This document shows, piece after piece, positions 15,529-24,988 of a DNA stretch of 37,548 bases. The translations under genes and the position numbers were made by a program. Location: IMG/VR virus record IMGVR_UViG_2636416131_000002. One strand, given 5' to 3'. This DNA comes from a virus. Its lineage: Duplodnaviria; Heunggongvirae; Uroviricota; Caudoviricetes. The notes beneath the pieces are model-generated. The model saw nothing but the letters and a program-made list of their open reading frames with translations. It was not told the origin of the DNA and made no database searches. The stretch's first letter is position 1; each line of letters begins with the position of its first letter.

Positions 15529-15556
15529 CAAACCCGCTCAGGCGGGTTTTTTATTA
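15529..15556 (+). terminator. Intrinsic terminator about 280 nt downstream of cspB
   Basis: AACCCGC-TCAG-GCGGGTT followed by TTTTATT. Confidence 0.7.
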
Positions 15557-15611
15557 TCTGCTTTAAATATATTATTAAAATATAAAAAATACTTGTTACT
15601 AATAAAATCAA

Positions 15612-15782
15612 TCAGGCTACAGCTTTAAGATTTGTCTGGAATACTTTGTTGCAATGAGGGCAGATCAAAAGGGCACCTTTTTGTACTCTTGAAAAACTGT
15701 GTTCTGACTCTTGGGTGCAGTTTGGGCAGGAACATTTAACGAGATAATTACGGCGTGATTTTGAGTCTTTACGTTCTGACAT
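15612..15782 (-). CDS. Small zinc-ribbon protein, 56 aa (CxxC…CxxC)
   Basis: From the internal ATG with an AGGA ribosome-binding site: MSERKDSKSRRNYLVKCSCPNCTQESEHSFSRVQKGALLICPHCNKVFQTNLKAVA. Sits in the moron island between cspB and the holin. Confidence 0.45.
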   Translation of the reverse strand: MSERKDSKSRRNYLVKCSCPNCTQESEHSFSRVQKGALLICPHCNKVFQTNLKAVA

Positions 15783-16001
15783 AGGCTTTTCCTGTATAAA
15801 TGGCCGTATACAGTACACTAAATATGAAAACATTTCTCGTATTATTATTTTATATATGACTTTCTTTCAAAATAATTACTCACATTTTTAATGTGTATGT
15901 TTCTTTAGCGCCGTTGAGAACAGCGTGTGCTGTCAAAACTACCCCGTAGACTCCGATCTTTTCAAACATATTGCACCATCCGTGTACATCGGGGTGAGGA
16001 T

Positions 16002-16217
16002 ATGAAATCAATGGATAAGTTAACAACAGGTGTTGCCTATGGCACATCGGCGGGTAATGCTGGTTTCTGGGCATTGCAGTTACTCGATAAAGTAACTCCG
16101 TCACAGTGGGCTGCAATCGGTGTGCTGGGTAGCCTGGTTTTTGGCCTGCTGACGTATCTGACAAATCTTTATTTCAAGATTAAAGAAGACAGGCGTAAGG
16201 CTGCGAGAGGAGAGTAA
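16002..16217 (+). CDS. essQ: Phage-21-type class II holin (pinholin) with dual-start motif, 71 aa
   Basis: [53 protein letters not shown]…; Met1-Lys-Ser-Met4 dual start, two transmembrane helices. Confidence 0.85.
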   Translation: MKSMDKLTTGVAYGTSAGNAGFWALQLLDKVTPSQWAAIGVLGSLVFGLLTYLTNLYFKIKEDRRKAARGE

Positions 16218-16221
16218 TCCA

Positions 16222-16529
16222 ATGACTCAAGACTATGAACTGGTTGTGAAAGGAGTCCGTAATTTTGAGAATAAAGTTACGGTAACTGTAGCCTTACAGG
16301 ACAAAGAACGCTTTGACGGTGAAATTTTTGACCTGGATGTCGCCATGGACCGTGTTGAAGGAGCTGCGCTGGAGTTTTATGAGGCAGCAGCCAGAAGGAG
16401 CGTCCGGCAAGTCTTCCTGGAAGTAGCAGAAAAATTGTCAGAAAAAGTTGAGTCTTATCTGCAGCATCAGTACTCCTTTAAGATTGAAAATCCTGCCAAT
16501 AAGCACGAGCGTCCTCATCATAAATATAT

Positions 16530-16533
<4 letters not shown>
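16222..16533 (+). CDS. ydfR: YdfR-like protein, 103 aa
   Basis: 103-aa ORF between holin and endolysin, same length and position as Qin ydfR. Confidence 0.65.
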
Positions 16534-17557
<1,024 letters not shown>

Positions 17558-17921
17558 GGTAATATTAAATCGGAACATTTACATCGCGGAATGTAAAATT
17601 TAAATAAAAAGGACTCTTCCATGAGCCAAAATTCCTGAAATCTTAAGGGTAAGATAAAAGGTCTTAATCAGAATGACACGTTATTATTAATAAATAAAGC
17701 TATTCTTTCATTGCTGTGTTTTTCTTTACAAAAGTAATCCTTGCTATGGGTGGTTAATCATGCGTTAATGGTGTTCTGGTTTGTTACAAATTTATCTGAA
17801 GCAGTCATTGTTATAATTTTATTATTTGTACCTCTTGAGATTTCCTTGTTGGTTTTTCTCTCTGATATTTTTTTTTCGGACCATTCTGCCCAAGGGCTAA
17901 TTTCTTCAAAAGGTAATAATT

Positions 17922-18134
17922 ATGTCTAACAAAATGACTGGTTTAGTGAAATGGTTTAACCCTGAAAAAGGTTTTGGTTTCATCACGCCGAAAGATGGCA
18001 GCAAAGATGTGTTTGTCCATTTCTCAGCAATTCAGAGCAACGATTTCAAAACATTAACTGAGAATCAGGAAGTTGAATTTGGTATTGAGAACGGACCTAA
18101 AGGTCCTGCCGCTGTTCATGTAGTGGCGCTTTGA
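17922..18134 (+). CDS. cspI: Cold-shock protein CspI, 70 aa
   Basis: [70 protein letters not shown]. Confidence 0.95.
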   Translation: MSNKMTGLVKWFNPEKGFGFITPKDGSKDVFVHFSAIQSNDFKTLTENQEVEFGIENGPKGPAAVHVVAL

Positions 18135-18339
18135 GGTAGACAATATTACAAACCATATTCACTTTAGATGCCCGTGTTGTCATGGTTCCCAGTATAGAAC
18201 ATCATCTTTTGATGTTTCTGACATGAATCCTTTCGGGGCAAAATGTATCTTTTGTAAATCAATGATGATTACATTTGATAATATTTCACAATACTTAAAT
18301 GCCAGCCGTCTGTCGTTGGATTTAAAAAAGTGAAAATGA

Positions 18340-18362
18340 AGGCTCCTTCGGGAGCTTTTTTG
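18340..18362 (+). terminator. Intrinsic terminator about 200 nt downstream of cspI
   Basis: GCTCC-TTCG-GGAGC stem-loop followed by TTTTTT. Confidence 0.7.
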
Positions 18363-18405
18363 CTTGGTATCTATTCGATGGATACTCACATACTACGGTA
18401 ACATC

Positions 18406-18636
18406 ATGAAAAAAATCATAGTTTTTTTTAACTCTGAACCAGCAGTGGTAGTGCCAGCGATGACTGGAGTTAACACCATCATGCGTGAATATCCAAATGG
18501 CGAAAAAACACACCTTACTGTAATGGCCGCAGGGTTTCCATCTCTGACCGGAGATCATAAAGTCATTTATGTAGCCGCGGATCGACATGTTACTTCAGAA
18601 GAAATTCTGGAAGCAGCAATAAGGCTCTTGAGTTGA
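18406..18636 (+). CDS. Hypothetical protein, about 76 aa
   Basis: ORF with balanced composition (MKKIIVFFNSEPAVVVPAMTGVNTIMREYPNGEK…) but no convincing ribosome-binding site at either the ATG (18406) or the upstream TTG (18364). Confidence 0.3.
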   Translation: MKKIIVFFNSEPAVVVPAMTGVNTIMREYPNGEKTHLTVMAAGFPSLTGDHKVIYVAADRHVTSEEILEAAIRLLS

Positions 18637-18804
18637 TTTGATGCTATTGTATTGATAATTCAGGAAAATTCTCTTTGTCTGTTTGTGTAAAATTTAGACT
18701 ATCGTATGTTGATTATTGCGATGTTTCATCTTATCTTTTACACGTTTGCACCATATAATCGACTTACTGTGTAACTGGAAAGTCATAACAGACTAAAAGA
18801 GGAA

Positions 18805-18981
18805 ATGATGAATATTGAAAACTTAAAAACAAAAGCAGAAGCAGATATTTCTGAATATATAACAAAAAAAATTATTGAACTTAAGAAAAAGACCGGGAAA
18901 GAAGTTACCAGTATTCAGTTTACCGCACGGGAAAAAATGACGGGTCTTGAAAGCTATGATGTCAAGATTAATTTAATCTGA
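18805..18981 (+). CDS. gnsB: GnsB-like small protein (Gns family), 58 aa; below the ORF-track size cutoff
   Basis: Translated by hand: MMNIENLKTKAEADISEYITKKIIELKKKTGKEVTSIQFTAREKMTGLESYDVKINLI; AAGAGGA ribosome-binding site. Confidence 0.8.
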   Translation: MMNIENLKTKAEADISEYITKKIIELKKKTGKEVTSIQFTAREKMTGLESYDVKINLI

Positions 18982-19132
18982 TGTATTCAATAATAAAATT
19001 TATCCATAAACCTCGTTTTTACGGGGTTTTGTTATATTTGAATGGTTCCGAATATCTAAATCACAATTGTTGATGGTTTTTATTAAACCAATGCAGTCCG
19101 GCTCAGGAGTGAGAGAAGCCGGACGTTATGGT

Positions 19133-19543
19133 TTAGCGTGGTAAGATCTGTGTAGTTTTCTGGATGCTTTCAGTAAATAGTAATGAGTTATCAAAGGCAT
19201 AGTAATATCTTTGGTGTTCCTGGATATTTGTAACCCATCGGAAAACTCCTGCTTTAGCAAGATTTTCCCTGTATTGTTGAAATGTGATTTCTTTTGATTT
19301 CAACTTATTATAGGAGGTCTCTATAAGATGTTTGTTTCTGGAGAATTTAACATTTACAACCTTTTTGAGTCCTTTTACTAACACTATGTTGTCGTTTTCT
19401 AACACAATGTGAATATTATCTGTGGCTAAATAGTAAATATAAAGTGAGATATTGTGACGTTTTAGCTCAGAATAAAATAATTCACAGTTTAAATCTTTAC
19501 GCACTTGATCGAATATTTCTTTAAAAATGGCAGCCTGAGCCAT
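19133..19543 (-). CDS. ydfO: YdfO-like DUF1398 protein, 136 aa
   Basis: [31 protein letters not shown]…, length matches K-12 YdfO. An upstream in-frame ATG at 19558 is also possible. Confidence 0.8.
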   Translation of the reverse strand: MAQAAIFKEIFDQVRKDLNCELFYSELKRHNISLYIYYLATDNIHIVLENDNIVLVKGLKKVVNVKFSRNKHLIETSYNKLKSKEITFQQYRENLAKAGVFRWVTNIQEHQRYYYAFDNSLLFTESIQKTTQILPR

Positions 19544-19843
19544 TGGTAAACCTTCCATGTGATACGATGGCGCGTAGTTTGCATTATCGTGTTTATTGTT
19601 TCAATCTGGTCTGACCTCTTTGTGTTTTGTTGATGATTTATGTCAAATATTAAGCCTGTTTTTAATGAATAGTGTTGATTGCGTAACAAAATTGAGCCTT
19701 GCTGGCATCCAGGAGGGATATGCAACCGACAGATGTATGTAAGGTCGATGTACTCAAACTTTCATACTTTTCCTCTTTTATGCAGTAAGATTTGAAGTAA
19801 TATTTTAACCGCTAGATGACGAGCAAACGCATGGAGCGACAAA

Positions 19844-20050
19844 ATGAATAAAGAACAATCTGCTGATGAACTCTCGTTGGATCTGATTCGTGTAAAAAAT
19901 ATGCTTAATAGCACCATTTCTATGAGTTACCCGGATGTTGTAATTGCATGTATAGAACATCAGGTGTCTCTGGAAGCATTCAGGGCAATTGAGGCAGCGT
20001 TGGTGAAGCACGATAAGAATTCGAAGGATTATTCCCTGGTGGTTGACTGA
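19844..20050 (+). CDS. Hypothetical small protein, 68 aa (YnfO-like position)
   Basis: ORF between ydfO and the cos region with a weak GGAG ribosome-binding site. No family recognised. Confidence 0.35.
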   Translation: MNKEQSADELSLDLIRVKNMLNSTISMSYPDVVIACIEHQVSLEAFRAIEAALVKHDKNSKDYSLVVD

Positions 20051-20366
20051 GCACCATAACTGCTAATCATTCAAACTATTTCACCTGTGACAGAGTCAAT
20101 ATCGCATTCTGTCACTGTCAGGCTAATACAGAGCTGCAATTCAACTACTGCAATGTCCTCGTAATTAGGTGAATTTACAATATCGTCCTGTTCGGATGCC
20201 GGCTGCATTGCTGAAGATGAGGCATTTATGGTTCGCATATTTTCCCCTCATGCTCGTCAGTCCTGTGCGTAGGAAGAAACAGGACACTCACACTAATTTG
20301 TGTGGGCATGCTGTGATGTCCTTCTGAATTATTCCTATGCCATTATGTAAAGCGCTGTATCAGATG

Positions 20367-20400
20367 CTCGTCACGGCTGTCAGGCTGTCAGGCTGTCGGG
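20367..20400. repeat. Tandem GGCTGTCA repeats (three copies), part of a wider scatter of CTGTCA motifs from about 20086
   Basis: TCACGGCTGTCAGGCTGTCAGGCTGTCGGG read directly; further CTGTCAC / CTGTCAG / GTGACAG motifs at 20086-20135. Candidate terminase small-subunit binding sites. Confidence 0.45.
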
Positions 20401-20425
20401 TCCTCCCGGTGGGGGCCCCTGCCAC

Positions 20426-20443
20426 GGGGCGGGAGCGTCGCGG
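20426..20443. other. Candidate cos cleavage site, GGGGCGGGAGCGTCGCGG
   Basis: GC-rich island in an AT-rich intergenic region about 180 nt upstream of the terminase small-subunit ATG. 13 of 17 positions match the lambda left end GGGCGGCGACCTCGCGG as I recall it. Confidence 0.45.
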
Positions 20444-20622
20444 AAAAAGGCTAGTTTTTGCATTTCCATGGCGGCGGCAGCATGTTTGGTAATTTATTGA
20501 TAATTAAAAGTTATTTCTCTTTTTACCTGTACAATATTTTTTTCTCCCTGTCATTAGATCAGTTTACAATTAATTGAAATATATAAATAAACATGATTTT
20601 CACCTGCCAGATGGAGTTGCTT

Positions 20623-21150
20623 ATGTCAAATGTGAGCGGGATCGGTGATGCTTATTACTGGAGTGTTTTTAAAATCGCTGAGGCCTTTGGGCTTCACCGG
20701 GACACAGTAAAAAAACGGCTTCTCGCGGCCAACACTCCTGTGGCTGCGACTGTCAGGGGGAACCCCGTTTACGCCCTGCAGCATGTCGGGCCAGCCCTGT
20801 TTAGTGTGAAGCATGAGGCAGCAGACTCTGTTCATGATCCATCCCGTATGGAGCCGAAAGAGAGAAAGGACTGGTACCAGTCTGAAAATGAAAGGATCAA
20901 GCTGGAAAAGGAGCAGCGAAAACTCATCCCCGTTGATGAAGTAGTCATCGTCTATTCGTCCATGAGAAAGGCTGTCGTCCAGGTTCTGGAGACAATTCCG
21001 GATGTTCTTGAACGCGATTGCGCCCTGACTCCTCAGGCCGTCGGCGTTGTACAGCAGGCAATTGATGACCTGCGATACACTCTTCAGGAAAAATCCTACG
21101 AGGCTTGTGCTGCTGAATTAATTCCTGATGAGGAAGGAGAGAGTCTCTAG
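20623..21150 (+). CDS. Terminase small subunit, about 175 aa
   Basis: Directly upstream of the large terminase and downstream of the cos-like region. Start taken at the ATG with a GGAG ribosome-binding site (ORF track starts at 20593). Confidence 0.6.
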   Translation: MSNVSGIGDAYYWSVFKIAEAFGLHRDTVKKRLLAANTPVAATVRGNPVYALQHVGPALFSVKHEAADSVHDPSRMEPKERKDWYQSENERIKLEKEQRKLIPVDEVVIVYSSMRKAVVQVLETIPDVLERDCALTPQAVGVVQQAIDDLRYTLQEKSYEACAAELIPDEEGESL

Positions 21151-21158
21151 GAGGAATA

Positions 21159-23258
21159 ATGGGTTTTTCATCAGCCCGAAATTTGGGAAGGGACATATCG
21201 GCAGGATTTTCCCCACCACGTCGCATGCCGATTTCGGAGGCTGTTAAAAAATTCATGCGTGTTCCCAAGGGGGCTGGTAACTCGGTGCCATGGGATCCTG
21301 AACTGACACCCTACATCATTGAGCCCATGAACTGCCTGGCATCGCGTGAATACGATGCGGTGATTTTTGTTGGTCCTGCGCGAACAGGGAAGACCATTGG
21401 TCTGATCGATGGATGGATTGTCTATACCATCGTTTGCGATCCTTCGGACATGCTCGTTGTGCAGATGACCGAAGATAAGGCCCGCGAGCATTCTAAAAAG
21501 CGCCTCGACAGAACGTTCAGAAGCAGTGCGGCGGTAAAGAAAAGAATGAGTCCACGTCGTAACGACAATAATGTCCATGATAAGACGTTCAGGGATGGCT
21601 CGTTCCTTAAAATTGGTTGGCCCTCGGTCAACATTATGTCGTCGTCGGATTACCGGTTTGTCGCCTTAACCGATTACGACCGTTTTCCGGAGAATATCGA
21701 CAGCGAGGGTGATGGTTTCTCCCTGGCCTCAAAACGTACCACCACATTTATGTCCGCCGGGATGACTCTGGTGGAGAGCTCGCCGGGACGTGACATCTGC
21801 GACAGCAAATGGCGACGTAAGTCGCCTCATGAAGCGCCACCGACGACTGGTATTCTTTCCCTTTACAATCGTGGTGACCGCCGCCGCTGGTACTGGTCAT
21901 GTCCGCACTGCGGTGAATATTTTCAGCCAGCCATGGATGCCATGACCGGCTACCGTAATGAACCGGATCCCTTTAAAGCCAGTGAGGCGGCGTATCTACT
22001 TTGCCCGCACTGCAGCGGCATTATCACTGCGGAGAAAAAGCGTGAGCTCAATAGTGCAGGAGTCTGGTTGCGTGAAGGTCAGGTCATTGATCGTAACGGC
22101 AACGTTTCCGGTGAACCGCGCCGCTCCCGTATCGCCAGTTTCTGGATGGAAGGGCCAGCTGCTGCGTATCAGACCTGGGCGCAACTGGTTTACAAATTAC
22201 TGACTGCAGAACAGGAGTATGAAGCGACAGGAAGCGAAGAAACACTCAGGGCGGTTATCAACACCGACTGGGGATTGCCTTATCTTCCTCGTGCCAGCAT
22301 GGAGCAACGAAAAAGTGAACTGCTTGAGCAGCGGGCAGAGCCAGTTCCTTCCCGCAGTGTGCCGGATGGCATTAATTTCCTTGTGGCGACAGTGGATGTG
22401 CAGGCGGGACGTCATCGCCGTTTTGTGGTTCAGGTAACGGGCTATGGCAGTCGTGGCGAACGCTGGATTATTGATCGTTACAACATCACGCAGTCATTGC
22501 GCAGTGACTGCGACGGGGAGAGCCAGCGAATTGATCCGGCCAGCTATCCGGAAGACTGGGATGTCCTGCTGACGGATGTTTTTCATAAAAGCTGGCCGCT
22601 GGCCTCCGATCCTTCTCAACAAATGCGACTGATGGCAATGGCGGTGGACTCCGGCGGTGAAGACGGGGTCACTGATAATGCCTATAAATTCTGGCGTCGT
22701 TGCCGTCGTGATGGCCTTGGTAAACGTATTTACCTGTTTAAGGGTGACAGCATCCGGCGCGCAAAACTGATCAGCCGTACATTCCCTGATAACACCGGAC
22801 GAACGGGCCGCCGGGCGCAGGCCGCAGGTGATGTGCCGCTCTGGCTTCTTCAGACGGATGCCCTGAAAGACCGGGTGAATAACGCGTTATGGCGTGACTC
22901 GCCAGGTCCAGGCTATGTGCATTTCCCTGACTGGCTGGGGAGCTGGTTTTACGACGAACTGACGTATGAAGAGCGGAGCAGTGACGGGAAATGGAGTAAG
23001 CCGGGTCGCGGTGCCAACGAAGCTTTTGACCTGATGGTGTATGCCGAGGCTCTGGTCATTCTGCATGGATACGAAAAGATCCGCTGGCCGGATGCACCGG
23101 AGTGGGCGAGCCGGGAAACCTGGCTGGAGTGTGTCCAGGACAGTACTGAACCGTCATCCTCACCGGAACCGGTATCCACGCCTGTTAAAAAACAAAAACG
23201 GAAGAAAACAGTAACTGACGATGTTAACCCCTGGCTGACTTCCGGAGGATGGTTATGA
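21159..23258 (+). CDS. Terminase large subunit (lambda gpA family), 699 aa
   Basis: Walker A VGPARTGKT, size and N-terminal ATPase / C-terminal nuclease layout of gpA-type terminases; AGGAGG ribosome-binding site. Confidence 0.9.
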   Translation: MGFSSARNLGRDISAGFSPPRRMPISEAVKKFMRVPKGAGNSVPWDPELTPYIIEPMNCLASREYDAVIFVGPARTGKTIGLIDGWIVYTIVCDPSDMLVVQMTEDKAREHSKKRLDRTFRSSAAVKKRMSPRRNDNNVHDKTFRDGSFLKIGWPSVNIMSSSDYRFVALTDYDRFPENIDSEGDGFSLASKRTTTFMSAGMTLVESSPGRDICDSKWRRKSPHEAPPTTGILSLYNRGDRRRWYWSCPHCGEYFQPAMDAMTGYRNEPDPFKASEAAYLLCPHCSGIITAEKKRELNSAGVWLREGQVIDRNGNVSGEPRRSRIASFWMEGPAAAYQTWAQLVYKLLTAEQEYEATGSEETLRAVINTDWGLPYLPRASMEQRKSELLEQRAEPVPSRSVPDGINFLVATVDVQAGRHRRFVVQVTGYGSRGERWIIDRYNITQSLRSDCDGESQRIDPASYPEDWDVLLTDVFHKSWPLASDPSQQMRLMAMAVDSGGEDGVTDNAYKFWRRCRRDGLGKRIYLFKGDSIRRAKLISRTFPDNTGRTGRRAQAAGDVPLWLLQTDALKDRVNNALWRDSPGPGYVHFPDWLGSWFYDELTYEERSSDGKWSKPGRGANEAFDLMVYAEALVILHGYEKIRWPDAPEWASRETWLECVQDSTEPSSSPEPVSTPVKKQKRKKTVTDDVNPWLTSGGWL

Positions 23259-23467
23259 ACCAGAATGATATCGAAGCCATGATTCAGCGTTATACGGAAG
23301 CTGAAATGGCGGTGCTGGACGGAAAATCCGTCACTTTTAATGGTCAGCAGATGACCATGGAAAACTTATCTGAGATCCGGCAGGGACGGCAGGAGTGGGA
23401 GCGCCGCCTTGCGGCTCTGATTACACGACGACGGGGGCATCCCGGGTACCGGCTGGCGAGGTTCTGA
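23255..23467 (+). CDS. Head-tail joining protein (lambda gpW-like), 70 aa
   Basis: Small ORF between terminase and portal, the position of lambda W. Start overlaps the terminase stop (ATGA); stop overlaps the portal start. Confidence 0.6.
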   Translation: MNQNDIEAMIQRYTEAEMAVLDGKSVTFNGQQMTMENLSEIRQGRQEWERRLAALITRRRGHPGYRLARF

Positions 23468-24975
23468 TGGCAATTCTTGATGATGTGATTGGCGTTTTTT
23501 CACCAGGATGGAAAGCGGCAAGGCTGCGTTCCCGTGCGGTGATCCAGGCTTATGAGGCCGTAAAAACGACACGGACACACAAAGCCCGGCGGGAAAACCG
23601 AACTGCCGACCAGTTAAGCCAGTACGGGGCCGTGTCGTTACGTGAGCAGGCCCGTTACCTTGATAACAACCACGATCTGGTTATTGGTGTATTTGACAAG
23701 CTGGAAGAACGGGTGGTGGGGAAAAACGGGATTATTGTCGAGCCACATCCGGTATTACGCAATGGGGCCATTGCCCGTGATCTGGCAGCGGAGATACGCA
23801 CCCGATGGAGTGAATGGTCTGTCAGTCCGGAAGTCACCGGGCAGTTTACCCGTCCGATGCTGGAACGTCTGATGCTGCGTACCTGGCTGCGCGATGGTGA
23901 GGTGTTTGCCCAGATGGTTTCCGGGCGCATAAACAGCCTGACGCCTTCTGCCGGTGTTCATTTCTGGCTGGAGGCGCTCGAGCCGGACTTTATTCCCATG
24001 ACCAGTGATGAGAGCAACAGGCTGAATCAGGGCGTGTTTGTTGATGACTGGGGGCGTCCCGAAAAATATCTGGTGTATAAAAGCCGTCCCGTATCCGGGC
24101 GGCAGATGGAAACCAAAGAAGTGGATGCAGAGCGAATGCTGCATCTTAAATTTGTTCGCCGTCTGCACCAGATGCGCGGGACGTCTTTGTTGTCCGGTGT
24201 GCTGATCCGCCTCAGTGCCCTGAAAGAGTATGAAGATTCTGAGCTGACTGCAGCAAGGATCGCCGCTGCTCTGGGGATGTACATCCGGAAAGGCGACGGG
24301 CAGAGCTATGAACCGGATGGTAATGGCAGCAAGGAGAATGAACGCGAGCTTACCATTCAGCCAGGCATTATTTACGACGATCTGAAACCCGGCGAAGAAA
24401 TCGGAATGGTGAAGTCGGATCGTCCCAATCCTAACCTTGAAACTTTTCGTAATGGTCAGTTGCGTGCCGTGGCGGCGGGCAGTCGTCTGAGTTTTTCCAG
24501 TACGGCACGCAACTATAACGGCACTTACAGCGCCCAGCGTCAGGAGCTGGTTGAATCCACTGATGGCTACCTGATCCTGCAGGACTGGTTTATTGGTGCC
24601 GTCACCCGCCCGATGTATCGTGCCTGGCTGAAACAGGCTGTGGCATCCGGTGTTATCAGGCTACCCCGCGATCTTGATCGTTCTTCACTGTATACCGCGG
24701 TGTATTCCGGACCGGTGATGCCGTGGATTGACCCTGTTAAGGAGGCTGAGGCCTGGAAAATTCAGATTCGTGGTGGAGCGGCGACAGAATCAGACTGGGT
24801 ACGTGCAGGTGGTCGTAATCCGGATGATGTCAAACGTCGGCGCAAGGCCGAAATTGATGAAAACCGCAAGCTGGATCTGGTATTTGATACCGATCCGGCC
24901 AGTGATAAAGGAGGCAGCAGTGCCGCAACGAAACGACAGGAGCCGCAGCACACCGACGACCAGTCCGAAGAATAA
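23467..24975 (+). CDS. Portal protein (lambda gpB family), about 502 aa
   Basis: Size and position after terminase and W; start chosen at the ATG overlapping the W stop (ORF track starts upstream at 23395). Confidence 0.8.
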   Translation: MAILDDVIGVFSPGWKAARLRSRAVIQAYEAVKTTRTHKARRENRTADQLSQYGAVSLREQARYLDNNHDLVIGVFDKLEERVVGKNGIIVEPHPVLRNGAIARDLAAEIRTRWSEWSVSPEVTGQFTRPMLERLMLRTWLRDGEVFAQMVSGRINSLTPSAGVHFWLEALEPDFIPMTSDESNRLNQGVFVDDWGRPEKYLVYKSRPVSGRQMETKEVDAERMLHLKFVRRLHQMRGTSLLSGVLIRLSALKEYEDSELTAARIAAALGMYIRKGDGQSYEPDGNGSKENERELTIQPGIIYDDLKPGEEIGMVKSDRPNPNLETFRNGQLRAVAAGSRLSFSSTARNYNGTYSAQRQELVESTDGYLILQDWFIGAVTRPMYRAWLKQAVASGVIRLPRDLDRSSLYTAVYSGPVMPWIDPVKEAEAWKIQIRGGAATESDWVRAGGRNPDDVKRRRKAEIDENRKLDLVFDTDPASDKGGSSAATKRQEPQHTDDQSEE

Positions 24976-24988
24976 TTCCTGGTTCAGG

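Noticed and set aside
15343-15531. Minus-strand 62-aa ORF between cspB and its terminator
   Set aside because: Junk-like hydrophobic composition, no start signal; the plus strand here has the better-supported tiny ORF and terminator.
15880-16164. Minus-strand 94-aa ORF opposite the holin gene
   Set aside because: Antisense to the dual-start holin, which matches a known family.
20400-20445. GC-rich island considered as an attachment or integron-type recombination site
   Set aside because: No flanking integrase; its position just upstream of the terminase genes and similarity to the lambda cohesive-end region favour cos.
21171-23179. Several antisense or alternative-frame ORFs inside the terminase large-subunit gene
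   Set aside because: Embedded in a 699-aa gene with Walker A motif; no independent start signals.
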